Source: Laetmonice hystrix (taxonomy: Eukaryota). From it: 64,000 nt of DNA. Positions 1-14,700 of the stretch are shown here, piece after piece; position 1 is the stretch's first letter, and every line of letters starts with the position of its first letter. The translations under genes were made by a program, and so were the position numbers. The notes beneath the pieces are model-generated. The model saw only the letters and a program-made list of their open reading frames with translations. It did not search any database and had not been told where the DNA came from. The stretch spans positions 10,480,001-10,544,000 of the forward strand of contig OZ249436.1 in the NCBI GenBank assembly GCA_965235115.1, given 5' to 3'.

Positions 1-620
1 CCAGATAATGGATGATCTGTATGGGACTGGACAAATAAATGCCGGCCCGGCTTCATCTCATTATTGGAGTTGAGTAAGACGTAGCCATGTGCTGCGGTTG
101 GCGGGGTTCAGCCACTGAGTTGAACTCTTCAGGATTCAGTGCGTACATGGCACGTGGTCACCAGCAATGGATGGCAACTGTAAGTGACCCCAATGAAATG
201 TCACAATGCAGTTCATCTCATTATCGAAACTGAGCAAGATTTACATGGGACAAATGTTTGGAAGCTGGGCCAATACTGGAGGGTGGGTTGGGGATGGGGG
301 CCATATTCCATCTGATAATTGGGAAGCGCAGCGGGTCGCCCAGCGGGAGGAAAAAGTACATGAAAGTAGGCATGTCAGGGATAATGGATGAACTATGCGC
401 CATGAGGGCAAAAATACGGTTAGAATTGCGGTGGGTAAATGCCTTTATATTAGGGATATATATATAAATCTAGATAATGAGTATACCGGGTGAAAAAGTG
501 ATTGTATAAACTGAGCAATTGGATAAAATAAACCAGGAACCAACTAATGTAGACTTCTTAGATCTGCCCAGCGCCACGGCTGGGACCCCCGGGGTGGCGG
601 GGGTGGGGGGAAGGGGTCCA
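1..620 (-). mobile_element. Degenerate non-LTR retrotransposon (LINE, apurinic-endonuclease-like remnant)
   Basis: Minus-strand fragments LVGSWFI, IIRWNMAPIPNPPSSIG, YVLLNSNN..SHTDH occur in the order of LINE endonuclease motifs; many stops and frameshifts. Confidence 0.35.
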
Positions 621-2077
621 GGTGGATGTGTGGACATAGCGCGCCTGTTGACGTGCCTGTAGACAGTTGGTGGCAGGAAGGTGAGCACGGGTAGGGTTGG
701 AGAGGATTGGACGAGGTGATCAGGAGAGGGGAGACAGGGGAGAGGGTTGATAGGAGAGAGGTTGGTACCTGATCACCGACTTGGACGCCAGGGGCAGGCG
801 ACGGTAAAGAACATCGGATAATTGGCCGTGAACATGATGTATTGAACGGGCAGGATGTAATACCAGGGGGCTGACAAGTGCATATCCATCACGTTGTATT
901 TTCACCTCTCAGCCAGTCACATCTGGGCCGTGCCATCACGTGACCCCCTCCCCTCACCTGTGTCACCCAGAGCCAGGGCAGGGTCAGTTCATCAGGGACG
1001 GGCCATCAGAACAGTTGGGCTCAGTTTGATTCCTGTAAGGCTCAGACCGCGATCCATGTAGTGGTCATGATGAATGTAGTGGTGATGCCATGGCTTGTCG
1101 GCCGTGGCGGGCCATGCCATTTAACACTCGAGCAAACCCTCGCCCCGCTCCCCCTCTGCTGGCCAATGGCAGAGGGTGGGGCGCGTGTCAAAAAGGTCGC
1201 TCACAAAACGGCACGCCACCCTTATGCCTCATCTCATGGCATTCCAGGGGGCCAGATGAAGTTGCTGTAGTCGCCGTTGATGGCAAACACACTTGGATAA
1301 TGAACGTTATCCACAGGGATCCAGTGTTAACGCTGCCACACTATTACACCATATTTTTGTGATAATGATACCGGCCTCAGTCTCCACGAAAAGATGCCAC
1401 TTTATAATCACCCGCTACCATCCACACAGACCTCGGAACAAACTCTTCGTATTTCAGTGAAACGCCTCAATATTTTCAACTGCTACAATGAATCAAAAGT
1501 TGGATGCTTATTTACTCAAGACTTAGTGAATAGTTTTTGGAAAATATAAGAACTTTAGCTTTCGTATATTAGTAATATGTTGATTAGGTATTTTTTGGAG
1601 TGTTTGAGGCAGAGCCCCCTGGTGGAAGTCAAAGATATAAACAGGGACACATTAATCTTTTGGGTCTGTCGCAAAATGCAACTATAGACCTTGATCTGAG
1701 CTCGCTAAAATGAAAGTGTTTTTAGAAGTGTTCCTACTTCCCATTTGAAATGTATAATGGTAGCCAGTACTTTTTCTTTGAAAGAAATGAATATCGTTTA
1801 TCTCCGCTCTAACACCATTTGAAACATTTATCTGACAGGATAAAGTGATATTTTCCTGCTGGCCCACCAAGTGGATAGTTGATACAGTCCTTGCCGTATT
1901 CACCATAGCCCCAGGAGGCTCTCCTAGTCTTCCTTTTGAGTCTGATTCTGCTAGAAGTACAATAAAACCGACGTGTTGCAATAATGCTACAATTCACTAC
2001 AACCGGTGAAGATGGTTGTTATCAGCTACGTTCGTCCTCAGTTAATGCCATGGAATTTAGAGACACGGAATGCCTTA

Positions 2078-2757
2078 CCCGAGTGTGTAATCGGTTCCCC
2101 TGTTACAGGTTCCCCTAACCAGAGTGTGTAATCGGTTCGCAGGTTCCCCTGGCCAGAGTGTGTAATCGGTTCCCCTGTTGCAAGTTCCCCTGACCAGAGT
2201 GTGTAATCGGTTCCCCTGTTGCAGGTTCCCCTAACCAGAGTGTGTAATCGGTTCCCCTGTTGCAGGTTCCCCTGACCAGAATGTGTAATCAATTCCCCTA
2301 CAGGTTGAAGATTCCCCTGACCAGAGTGTGTAATCGGTTCCCCTGGCCAGAGTGTGTAATCGGTTCCCCTGTTGCAGGTTCTCCTGACCAGAGTGTGTAA
2401 TCGGTTCCCCTGTTGCAGGTTCCCCTGACCAGAGTGTGTAATCGGTTCCCGTGTTGCAGGTTCCCCTAACCAGAGTGTGTAATCGGTTCCCCTGTTGCAG
2501 GTTCCCCTAACCAGAGTGTGTAATCGATTCCCCTGTTGCAGGTTCCCCTGACCAGAGTGTGTAATCGGTTCCCGTGTTGCAGGTTCCCCTAACCAGAGTG
2601 TGTAATCGGTTCCCCTGTTGCACGTTCCCCTAACCAGAGTGTGTAATCGATTCCCCTGTTGCTGGTTCCCCTGATCACAGTATTATAATCTGTCCCCATG
2701 TTGCAGGTTCCCCAGAATACAGTATGTAATTTGTTCCTCCCTGTTGCAGGTTCCTAC
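2078..2757 (+). repeat. 41-bp minisatellite (~16-17 units) ending in the UTP15 acceptor site
   Basis: Unit CCAGAGTGTGTAATCGGTTCCCCTGTTGCAGGTTCCCCTRA (starts e.g. 2347, 2388, 2429). Confidence 0.95.
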
Positions 2758-5700
2758 GACCACACGGTGCGGCTGTTTGACACGCGGTCCCCGACCAGCA
2801 CGCTATCAGTGGACCATGGTCAGCCAGTTGAAAGCGTGCTCATGTTTCCTGGAGGGGGCATCTTCCTCTCAGCAGGTAGGCTTATACTTACAGGACACAA
2901 TTTCACACCTACTACGGTCGTCAAAAAAGTATCAGCAAAGGACTTGGTCTTTGAATCCATTGTCTTCTCGTATGGAATGGGACAACGGCACCAAAAAATT
3001 TTTACTTTGGCAACACTCATGACCTCCGTTACGTAATCATGTGAGGGCCACTGAACTGAGTATCCTTTAGGGTCGTATAGGACAAATCAAGGTCTTACGA
3101 AGTTCAGTATTTAGGATCCTGACTGTTGACATTTAAAACCAGGCAGAACATATGAACTTTCTAGACTGGTTTTTTTCATATAGGCACTTTTTCCAGTAAA
3201 TGCCTGACCCCCACCCTGGCTACGAACACCCAGTACATTAGGGCTCTAATAGGCTAGATGTCAGGCAAACGAAAACGTTCAGAGCGAATATTGGATCAGT
3301 TCATAGAAACAGATGTGGCAAATTGATTTACCTTGTAGTTACCAGCTAGGATGTAGAAAAACACCGTATGTTCTCTGTACAGATACAACGTATTTGGAAG
3401 TGACAAGAATTTAGAATCATGGTTACCGCTGACTTGGCCACAAAATGAAACCAATGGAAAGTGTTTTCGTTACGGCGATGTGTTTGCCGCATTGAGGAGA
3501 TTGGGTGTACAAAGACATATACACCAGGGTATTGCAGGTAATGAGATCACAGAGAGTCGAAATCAGAGTAAAAATGAGAAGTTTCTTTGGAAGGCATAGT
3601 TGAGATAGAAGAGAGAGAAAGAAAGTAATTACGGAGGTATGAAGACGCTGGGATGTAGTGGCATTGAGAAGTGGCAATGTGACACCGCGTGGTGAGGTAT
3701 CATCTAACCATCAACTAACCGAACCATACCTAGCGAGCAGCCATATTGACGCTGATAAGACAAACATGTGTTATTTGTGATGCTGTTCAGCCCAGATCAG
3801 ACGCTATCTTTGATCTCAGACGCATCCAGGCCGACTTGAGGTTTGACTTAAGTATGATGTATTGTGAAGTGGAAACGGTACGGTCAGCCGAGCGCGGCGT
3901 TGGCTCGGACGGCGGGCGCGCGTTGTGATGGCGACGGACGGCGGGCGCTGAGAGAGATACCTGACTTCATGTTGCGATGGGTAAAGATTCATCCAAAAGT
4001 TCCGTCTCATTACGTCAAGATGGAGGCGGCAGCCACATGGAGGTGATCATTTGATACTGGCCGTGTAATCAGCCAGTCACAGGCTGACACTTAACACAGC
4101 CAAAGGAAACACGCCAGACAGTGCCAACACTTCTTCAGGGTGCCTGTCACACCTCTAACAGGGCCACTATTATCATACGACCAGAAAGCTTTCTGCATAT
4201 GATTTTCTTCAGTTTTTCCCAAAGGCATTAGTGCATCGAATACGTTTTAAAATATTACAGATTTTGCACTCTTATCTAAAGAGCATGTTTTATTTCAAAT
4301 ATCAAACGAATCAGGAGAAGGTTTTTTTTGGTGAAACTGAGTAATAACAGGTCAGGGTAGCTTTAGATTGTCTCAGAGAGGGTATTACAGTGAGCAGGAG
4401 GGAGTATCGGGTCCGCAGAATGTCTGTCGTCTAGTAATAGGACCAATTCTGCCCGATTCCATCGTGTATGATGGTGATTACCCGGGAGGCAGCCGACCGT
4501 GACCGGCTGAGGGGTTCATCGTGTCACCCGGGGGTACTTCGCAGATCCCGAGGTTAGTGGGGCTGGGCCGACTCACAACCCTGCAGATAAAACGCAGCAG
4601 TATGATGGCCCCTGGGTCTGTACTGTAAAACAGCATCAGGATCTTTACAGTAGAACAACGTAATGACCTAATGGTCCATACTAGATAACGGTATAGAGAC
4701 CTCAGGAACCTGACTATCGGGCAGTAGCAAATTACTTGAGGGCTTTACTACAAACCTGCATAATGTCACATTGTCCTAAAGGCCCATAAGAACTAACACT
4801 ATCCTGACCTGGCTTTTACTACAGAACAACAGCAGCTTATACTAAGTAACAGCAGAGTGGCCTCAGGCTTTACTTAAATATGAAATTGCCCCAGTGTCCT
4901 GAATATGCAACAGTTCATTAGTCTCAGTGTCTATAATGGCAGGTTGCAAAGTAAAACCATTTCTCCAGTCCATTTGGACTCTCACGCTTCGGCAGAAACA
5001 CTGATTAATTAGCAAAACAAAGATATACGCTGGAGTCGTGCAATGAGATTATATTTATAGTTAAAGTTTCTGAGATGACGTCATCTTGTTGGCAATAGCT
5101 CAAATCGTGATAATCTTTTTGGAATAATCTGGCAGTGCAACAGAACTCTTGTATCACTCCGCCAGCAAGAGCGGCATACGTCATTTCAGAGTGTTCACAC
5201 CACTCGAATCTAGGTGGCGCATGTGCATGATCTTCCAGAACGTAACACTAGGGTCACTACAGTGCGCAGTGCCGCTTTGCTGTCCCGATGTGGGCTGACC
5301 TGTCGATGGGCCGCCTCATAGACGCCTTTGTTACCAAGCCTGCTAGATGCGCAGGAGAAACAAAAGTTTCCCAGACTTTGCCTAGCTTGCCAGCTGTGTT
5401 CCTCAACTTTTTAAATCGCTGCCTCCAGGAAATTCTTTCTCATCCCAGTTATTGTTTTTCCATAGTTCCTTTTTGTATGTGTGTGTGGGATTGGTTTAAA
5501 ACGCTATCGGACAGGTTCTTGTTTTATTTTGATCGTCAGATTGGCTAGTAGGAGAAGACCTGGTTTGTGGAGACAGGTGGTAGTTGACATTACAGTGTTG
5601 TTTATAGTGGTCATGTACCAGGGATCTACCGGTACTGGGTAAACGAACCCCCGCAAGATTTCATGTTAGTCACCATTACGGTCTCATGTACCGACTCTGT

Positions 5701-8700
5701 TCATATAAACATATGCTACCACTAATATAATCCGGTCTAATACCTTTACATATAATGAACTCTCTGACCACCTGGCTGGTGGGTCCACCGTGATCTACTC
5801 TCAAATGTAAATTTGTGTTGCACAGTCATATAACACCACTGCATGACTTGGGTGTGTTTGTTTGAACCCCAGTAGTTGATGTACTTGACCTTAGAGCAGT
5901 AGGAGACCCTCATTGAACCACAGAACCTTGCACTATGTGAAACACTCTGTCAACCAAGACAAGTTTTCCTGCCGTTTAGCGTGTGTTTGTATGTAGACTG
6001 CTGCTCTGGTCGTATTTCCGCTATATTTGACCTTAGTGAAGGATGGCCGCCAGCAGCGTCCCTTGATGACCCAAGTGGCATCTGGTAACAATAATGATGT
6101 AAGGAAAGGGTCAACTTGTCTTAATTCTGGTGTTATATTCCAGATTGTACAATTATAATACCTTGATGGAAACCATTTGTTCTATCATCGAGCAGTTAGT
6201 TACCCGGAGGAGGACAGTGTGATGTCTGATATTCCTGCACAGAGACTGAGACAGCGCATTGTGACGAGTCTGTCTCCCTTGCCCATAGGTGCCCTTCCCC
6301 TGGTACAGGGCTGGTACAGTTCAGTACAATGAGATCACAGTACCCTCAGGTATACTGCGACTGAACGACCACAGATGAGGATAATCTCATTCTCCTGCAG
6401 TTCCCTCATAGGTCCCGCACAATGAAATGAGGGTATTCCAAACCCTCATAGGAAAGTGTTACTTAAATTACAATGAGGGAATTGCCCTCACAGGCAGTGG
6501 TACTACTGCAGCTAACATGATGACATGAGGGTCGTCCTGTCTCAGGTACAGCAGTTTAATATGGTAAGCCAAGTACCAGTAGAGAAACATTGCAGCGGCA
6601 CATCATGAGTGTGGTCCCTCAGCAAATAGTAAAAACAGCCAAATTGGACGAGCTGAAGATATTTATTCAGTTACGTTGTGAAGCTTTATAATCTACCAAG
6701 AATACCAAGAATGTGCTCCAATAAAAACGCGGTTCAGGCCGTACCAGGTGCCCAGCTGGGAAGACATTCCGTTATGGAGTGATATTATTCCAGGAATGGC
6801 CGGGAATTATAGGCCTGGATACTCGACAGTGGTCGTCCGATTTCAGGGGAGTCTTTCAGCGTCGTTCTCGAGGGACGAGTTGAAGATTCCTGCAGGAACT
6901 GTTGAGTGTAACCGGATAGGTCATCAAATCGAAGGTGAAGGTCACCGGATGGTAAAGTGTCGTCAGGTGAGATGAAGATGTCTGGACCATCTCCCACACA
7001 GGTCCTGGTTGTAATAGTTGTGTAGGTCAAACTCAAACTTTTTCTCTTTCTCTTACATCTTTTTTTCTCCTCCCGAAGTGAATAAAGCGGTCGTCAGAAA
7101 TACCAGGTCTGTAAACAGCCCCCTCTGGTGGATAATAAATTGGAGAATCAGCGGCGGTATTTGGTGGCTTGGTTGTGGCTGTGGTGGCGGTGGTTGGTGC
7201 GGGCTGTCTACCTGTAATCAGGGATGGGGGATTGAATCCCCGGGACTTCACATCAAGGTCACCAATGGTTTCGTAGGGGTCAGCCAATCCAACGGTAAAT
7301 AATGGCGGCAAGGTCTCCGCGATAAGGACCAAAGGAAAGGGGTAGATTAAACAGATTTTTTTTTCACCAGAAAGTTACCGCTACTTCTTCGCAAACTTAT
7401 CGACTCTTATTATGCCTGACTAATATCTCCTTCAACTTTGGGATCACCTTACATCATAGGGCAAGGAAAAATATATTCTGTGACACATGAAGCTGGTCGA
7501 GGTGGGTGAGTCGGGCTGGGGATGGTTGGTAGGACTGCAGGGTCCTCCAGTACAGGGACTGGGAGACGGGCACCGACTGGGCATCACACGATACACTCCC
7601 CGTGCCATTCCAGGCGCAGTGGGAACCTTGTGCCGTGTCAAAATCAAGATGTTCCCGGCACACATTACTTTAGGATCCATGCGGATCTGTCCTGCAGATT
7701 AAAGGGGCTATTTAGAGGATGATGAATGGGACTGCGCTGTCTGATTTACACCGGTTAATTCTGGTGATGGCGCGCTCCAGCCTGGCCCGGGGGCTGGGGC
7801 CCCCGTCCCGGTTTGATCAACCACTGTGAGGGGGAGGCAGTACCAGCGGTGCCGGGCCAATCGTACACTTCTTGCATCAGGACTTATAACCTAACATCCC
7901 GGGATGTTGGCCCCAAGTGTCATTTGTTTCATGAAATTTCATCAAGAGTGCATGGCCCTGCGCGGCGGCGCGGAGGCACGGATACTTAGCAGGCACTTAG
8001 AGGCCGGTAGGGAGCAGCGGGCGGAGGAGCCAGCTAGGGGATGACTGGAGCTCCTGCTGCGGGGTAGATACCAGCATACATCTGCTGTAAGATTCATCAT
8101 GTCAAATCATGATTCATGATGCTGATAGATGCAGTATCCATTACTGGAGGCTACAGCATGGCTGCGCCACATGCCCGAGCAGAACGTGCTTGGGACGGTC
8201 AGCCTGATCTCGAGGTGGACTGACTTTCGAACAAATCCGGCACCTCAGGTCAAACTTGGCGCTCATCGCAACAGATCCACACCTCAGGCCAAGCAGGGCG
8301 CTGATCCCTACAAATCCGGCATCTCAGGCCAAACTTGGCGCTCATCGCAACACATCCCACACCTCAGGCCAAGCAGGGCAGCTGATCCCTACAAATCCGG
8401 CATCTCAGGCCAAACTTGGCGCTCATCGCAACACATCCCACACCTCAGGCCAAGCAGGGCGCTGATCCCTACAAATCCGGCACCTCAGGCCAAACTTGGC
8501 GCTCATCGCAACATATCCCGCACCGCAAGCCAAAATGGGCGCTCCCCAAATATATTCTGCACCTCAGGCCAAATCCAGGACCTCAGGCCAAACTGAGCGC
8601 TCATAGGGCACACCCATGTAGAGCTCCACAAATACATAGGTCTAAGTACTATTGAAACAATATAAGCAGATGGACGAAGTGTGACTGAACTTTTGACGTC

Positions 8701-11700
8701 TAGGATGAGATTTATTCGGACCCCTCCTTAATTATACGTAGAGTAATCTTATACATATAGTCCTCTATATACTTTGTACCTGATGAACGACAGCTTTCTT
8801 TAATCACACTCCAAGCAGACCTTTGCTGAAGGCTTACCATTTAACGAAGTTGCCGCTAATGTTAACGTGTTAAGATTTCTCTCCTCTTATTATATGCTTC
8901 TATCGTAATTAAGACCCTTCCTCGTATTGAGGTGGGGAATCGGCTGACATATATTGTAGGGCAGTTTTTCTTATGAGTTTTCATGATTTCTTGCTTGGTT
9001 AGGCCTCTGCCCCAGTGTGTACGTTACAGTGAGGTACGTGGCCACCATTACATGTAGTTTATGGGTGCGCCCGGCCCATAACGGCCCCGCCATCCCCCAG
9101 GAAAATTGGCCCTCCTGATCGGGGCCTGTGAACATAGACTGGGGCGCTGTACATTTCGCGGGGTGTTGTCACAGGTAAGAATCGGAACCTGGTACGGACC
9201 CTAATTGCGATGAATCCTGGCAATATAGCCATGGTGACATTTGACTCCCGTGTGGCGGGAGTTGGTCAGCGAACCCCAGCTACCAAGCCGTGTAATGGGC
9301 CAGGTATATAACTCAGCCCGGCCGCCTTGCACCAAACTCCACCTCCCCCACCCTTCAACACCCAAATATCATGATTTTTTTACTACATTTAAATGCATGA
9401 CATCTTTTTCATTTACGCTCAAAGACAAGGCCTCAGAATAAATTTACAGTGGCAACGATTGCCACATGTGAGCCATCAAGATGGATGCAAATTACTGGCA
9501 ACTATTTTTGCTTCTCATCAAGTGTGGCATCATCTGCTTTCATCGGTTCAGTGCCTTATATCTATTTGCGCTATACCACCTCCATTTTATCCACCCCACA
9601 CATGTGGCTTTTATTGACGGCCTATGCAAGGCAATCTAGACAAGAATGTCCTAATAATAATGGTGAATGGAGGGGATGGAGTGAGGGTAGGCCGGCTTGT
9701 TGTTCTCCTGGGCCAGGGGGTGTCGGCCAGAGGTGTCTAGGGTGCCGTACCCGCACCCCCCCTAGGGAATCTGTTGGACAGGGATAACTCTGGAGCTCCC
9801 AGCCCCTCCCGGACCCCCACGTTACTGGACACCATGTGGTAGGCCAGGGGAGAAAAGCTGAGAAAGATAGGATAAATCATACCTGGAGAATGCCACCGCC
9901 ATGGAGCGCAGCCTGGAGCAACAAGGGGAATAGTGCAAAGGGCGCCGTCTGAATTTCATCCCTGATGAGATGGACGAAGCAGGGAAGGTTTATAGATGTA
10001 GGGCCTGGCTGCCAACATTTGGCCAGCGCCCAGTAAACGGAAGACTCAGTCCCATCAGAGGTTAGCAGTCAAATTTCTGCCCATCGCCAGTCAGCACCGT
10101 TGCATATAAATTTAACTTGTTGATGTATGTACCTGTGGGGTTTTTCATAGTTTATAGTTGCAGTAGAGTTCCATGCAATCATTGTCAGTGCTGGGATTGG
10201 ACCCTGCCACGGATATGATTGCGCCAAAAAATGGCAAGTTAGATTGAGTTGGGAGGAAGACACATGCTTGATAACCGAGTGTTGGCGGGAGGCCGCTGGG
10301 CCCGCCCTAGTTGGGGGTCTCCTTTTTCCTGGCTAGTATTACCCCCTTCTGATGTAAAAGATGCGAGCAGAGCTCATTAAGCTCTCTGCCAAGGTAGGAA
10401 CGAGGAAACTGAAGCATTTGGTTTCTTGGAACTATTAAATCCAGATAGATTTATTGCCGTCATTGCCTCACGGCCGGGGGAGCGGGACGAGGAGTTATGT
10501 CGGATCGTGGGCATGAAACACAAATCAGAACATTACAAAAACAATATTACGCTTGCCTTGGTTCGGCAGAGGGGATTTGTAGGTGTCATGTGGTACATAT
10601 ATCTCGGCCTATCTGTGTGTACGTGGCAGGAGGTCAGTCATAGAGATTTCAAACGATCGAAAGGTCAGATATGAAATGATTTTCTTTTCATCCAGAATGA
10701 AGTAATAGTTGAACGACTGTTAAATTCTATAACCTGCTGTACCGTACGCAAGAAAAAAAATTGATTGCGACTTTTGTCATTTTGCAGGAGGGTCTGTTAT
10801 CAAGGTATGGGACGCTCTGGCCGGAGGCAAGCTGGTTACCTCCTTCAGCAACCATCACAAAACAATTACGTCGCTCGGCTTCTGCTCCAACTACGAACGG
10901 CTTGTCTCCACCTCCCTTGACAGGTAAATGATTTTAACCAATCACTGACATATTTCTACGCACTTTGCCAATTACGGCTGCAATGTTCCGTGTGTGTTGT
11001 TGTAATTGAGAAACAAAACAGGGTGGCAATGATATGTGATGTGGTGGGTTCATACTGCCCGTGGCCCGGAGAATGAGAAGTCGACTTCCAGGCAGGCGGT
11101 GTCCTACCAACACCAGCGTGCAATCTGATAACGAGCACAACAAAGATGGTGCATGGTGTTTCTGAACTCAAACAAAGACGGACTCTTGCTGATGAGACTT
11201 TAAACGGTGCCATGAGTGGGGTGGGGGCGGGGTTATCAACCCCCCCTTAGGGTGGAGTCAGAGCGGGCACTTCCGCTCCAAGAACACCAGCGTGATGGTG
11301 GGAGATGAGACCTCATCTGACCTTTCGTGACCCCGGGTAAATCAAATCCAGATATCACGTTATAGTCAAGTTGTCATCGTGAGCTAACGTATAGACCCGC
11401 CACCAGAGGGCCAGCGGCACTGACTGATCTCCGGGCAGATGTACCTCGGGTGGGTGGGCAGGCAAGTCCAAGTACCACTAATGTACCGCGGTACATCTGG
11501 ACAGTGTGTAAAAAAGGGGCACAACTGTTAATCTTTGTATCTGCTTTCTATAGGTACATGTAGTTTTCTTTGTGGGACTTTAAGGGGGGGGGGGGGGGGG
11601 TGCTGGAATGGAAACCGAAAGAGACATTCTGGGGACGCTCATAGATATAGAGCTATACCATAGCTATTATTCGAGAAAGGTAAAGGTAAACTTAAACTAC

Positions 11701-14700
11701 TTTTAGGTACCCAAAGTGAGAAAAGAGAGGGAAGAGATATCATAAGCCCTCTCAGTTTTGTTCGAATGAAAGAGTTGCTTTGTAAAAGTGTAAAAGATCA
11801 GTTTATTTCCTACAAGACGAGTGATGGACAGCAGCACACACACGTCACATGACGACACTGGAAGGGTTCAGAAGGCGTTATTCCGTACCGTACTGCTTAA
11901 AAAGCAATCTCAAGTTATTCGAATGAAGACAAGTATAACGAGAGGCTAAGTTTTGTATTGGAACGCGCTCTAAGAGTGTACATAGATAGGGTGGAAGTAG
12001 TCTAGGAATATAGTTTTATCACTGTTGACGTGGTGGACACATTTTATCTTTCTCTCGGTAAACCTGCGTCTTTACGGCAACCCCGGTCTCCGGGTCTCAG
12101 CAATCCGTGTTAACTATTGGTGAATAATCCGGGAGGAGTTGAACTCTGTAACTCCTTGGCCCATGTAATTACTCTCCGAATACTGTGGGATGGGTGCGTG
12201 TTTATTTGTGAGTGTTGTCAGCTGTATGTGTATGATGGTGGTATGCGGCCCCCACTGGGAGTGATACATTATCTCTACCTGTGGTTGGTAGAGGCTGAGT
12301 GACGTTACCTCGGTAACATTATCAGTACAGATCTGTAGCCAGTGTTGATATTGTTCCTCCCCCTATTCATATTAGGCCCCTCATCTGGCGCTGGCTACCA
12401 TCAGACAAAACAGCACGATGGCATTTTTCTCGCACCTTCCTCCGTTCGTTTCACCTGGGGGAGGGGATGTTTTGTACTTGATATGATAGCATGGTACTTT
12501 GTGTTAGTAAACCAGGTGCTATTGTCGTGGTCCACTGGCTCTCTGCTCCACTCTGTATGTATTATGTGATACAATGTGGGTCACCCACATAGCCCAGGAT
12601 ATATACCAATCAATCCAGGCGGGGGGATTTGTGATTGTTATATTACGCTGCATAACAGCGTTTTGATAAATAACGCTGCTCGTGTGTGTATCAGGGTGTA
12701 CACATGATCGGCGGGATTCACTGCCGACCATCGGTCTCACTTTGATCTGCTGCCAACTGGCTGCCAGACTGGCTTACCTGCCACCCCTACCTTATCCTGG
12801 CGGCAGGGGGGTGACACCCCGCCCCCCGCCCACACGGGGTGCAGATTGGAGACGTATTCAGTGGGTGAACGTCATTATTATATACCCACACAGGTGTTAA
12901 TTGATGCTCACACATAATAAGATGTAAATTTCACACATAATAAGATGTAAATTTCGAAGAGACCACTCAACGGTTCTAAAGTCTGAATTTTTGTCCTCGA
13001 GAAGAAATAAGATGAAAAGTCTTAAATGTTTCTAGAATGGGCTTAAGTTATTTGGAGAATAGCTGGAAAGTAATGTGCCGTTTGATTACTCGCTTAGGCT
13101 CAATTCTGTCATCTTCTTTTTAAAAATATAAATTATAAACGGCTGTAGGCGTCTTCTTCCTTTAAAGCTTCTAAAGAACTGTAGGGGCTTACATCCTCCG
13201 GTACATTGTAAATACACCAAGATAAGTGGGAAGCTCTCTTTACTCTTGTCAAGGTTGAATTCATATAATTGGCTTGTCATGGCCTTCATTTGTAAAAATT
13301 ATTTACTGTGGACTGTTGCAGACACGTGCAAATGTATGATGTCACCACTTACCAGGTGGTTCACACGATGGATTTCCCCTCAGCCATACTCAGTGCTGGT
13401 ATTGCAGTAAGTAAACACATGCTTTACGTCATTGGCGGCGTGCTCTTCGTATATCACTGATTTACAACTTAAGGAAGGAATTTCTTCAAAAATATCATCC
13501 AAACAATGGATTTCTTGAGAAAATATCAACAGGTATTTCTAGCATTACCTTGGTTTTCATACGAGATATTAACCGATGATAATGTAATGTGTATGATCAT
13601 TTGTGTGGACCCGGCGATGATAATGTAATGTGTATGATCATTTGTGTGGACCCGGCGATGATAATGTAATGTGTATGATCATTTGTGTGGACCTGGCGAT
13701 GATAATGTAATGTGTATGATCATTTGTGTGGACCTGGCGATGATAATGTAATGTGTATGATCATTTGTGTGGACCTGGCGATGATAATATAATGTGTATG
13801 ATCATTTGTGTGGACCTGGCGATGATAATGTAATGTGTATGATCATTTGTGTGGACCTGGCCGTTAAGAGCTCCGTGAAAGATAGTTTATGTGGTCTTTC
13901 AGTGTCCGTGATTGACCAACAAGATGTAACTTACCTGCTAAACCTATTTACCTTCTGTGAAGGTCATGAAAGATTGATTAATACTTGATCGTCTGGCACT
14001 GGTGCTACTCCGTAACAAACCGAAATTCATTGCTTTTTTTGGAGTGGGGGGGGGGGGGTTGTGTTGTTGAGGCCGTACTTCCACATGATCGGTATGGGCA
14101 GGCGGGGGTGGTGGAGGAGGGGGTTGGTTGGGGTGGGGGTGGACGGGAGGAGGGCGCCCCTGGGGCCCGTGTCCTGCTGGAGCCATGCAGTGTGTGGGCC
14201 TGTCACCGGATGGCGGCTCTGGCCTCTGGCCCTCATGGTGCCTGCCCCGGGATCCCAGGTGTTCTGTCACATTAAATCTACCCCTCAAACCATCCCACTA
14301 CTTTGATCTGTCGTATCTAACCAGCTTGTAGATAGTTCAAGACCTCGTAGGCATCATGCTGTCTTCTGAGATTTCACTGCATTAAATTTATCATGGCTTT
14401 ATTGTAGACAGAACTTATGGCAAGCAGAGAGAAAAAACATGTGCTAGAGAAATGAGTGATGGACAACTAAACAGTTGATTAATCTTTGGGGTTTGAAGTA
14501 TGGTGATAAAAAGGGGGCTTAAAGGGGGTGAATAATGGTTCCTGACTGAATGTATAGGAAATTATAAGGAGGCCAAATGGATAGTCTCGTTACTCAGTCA
14601 TGTAATTGACGACGGTATCTGCTGTATGCTTTTCCTACAGAAAGGTTAAACAGGTTCCTGGCATGCCGCAATGTAGTTCTTCTAACAGTGGCACTGAGAA

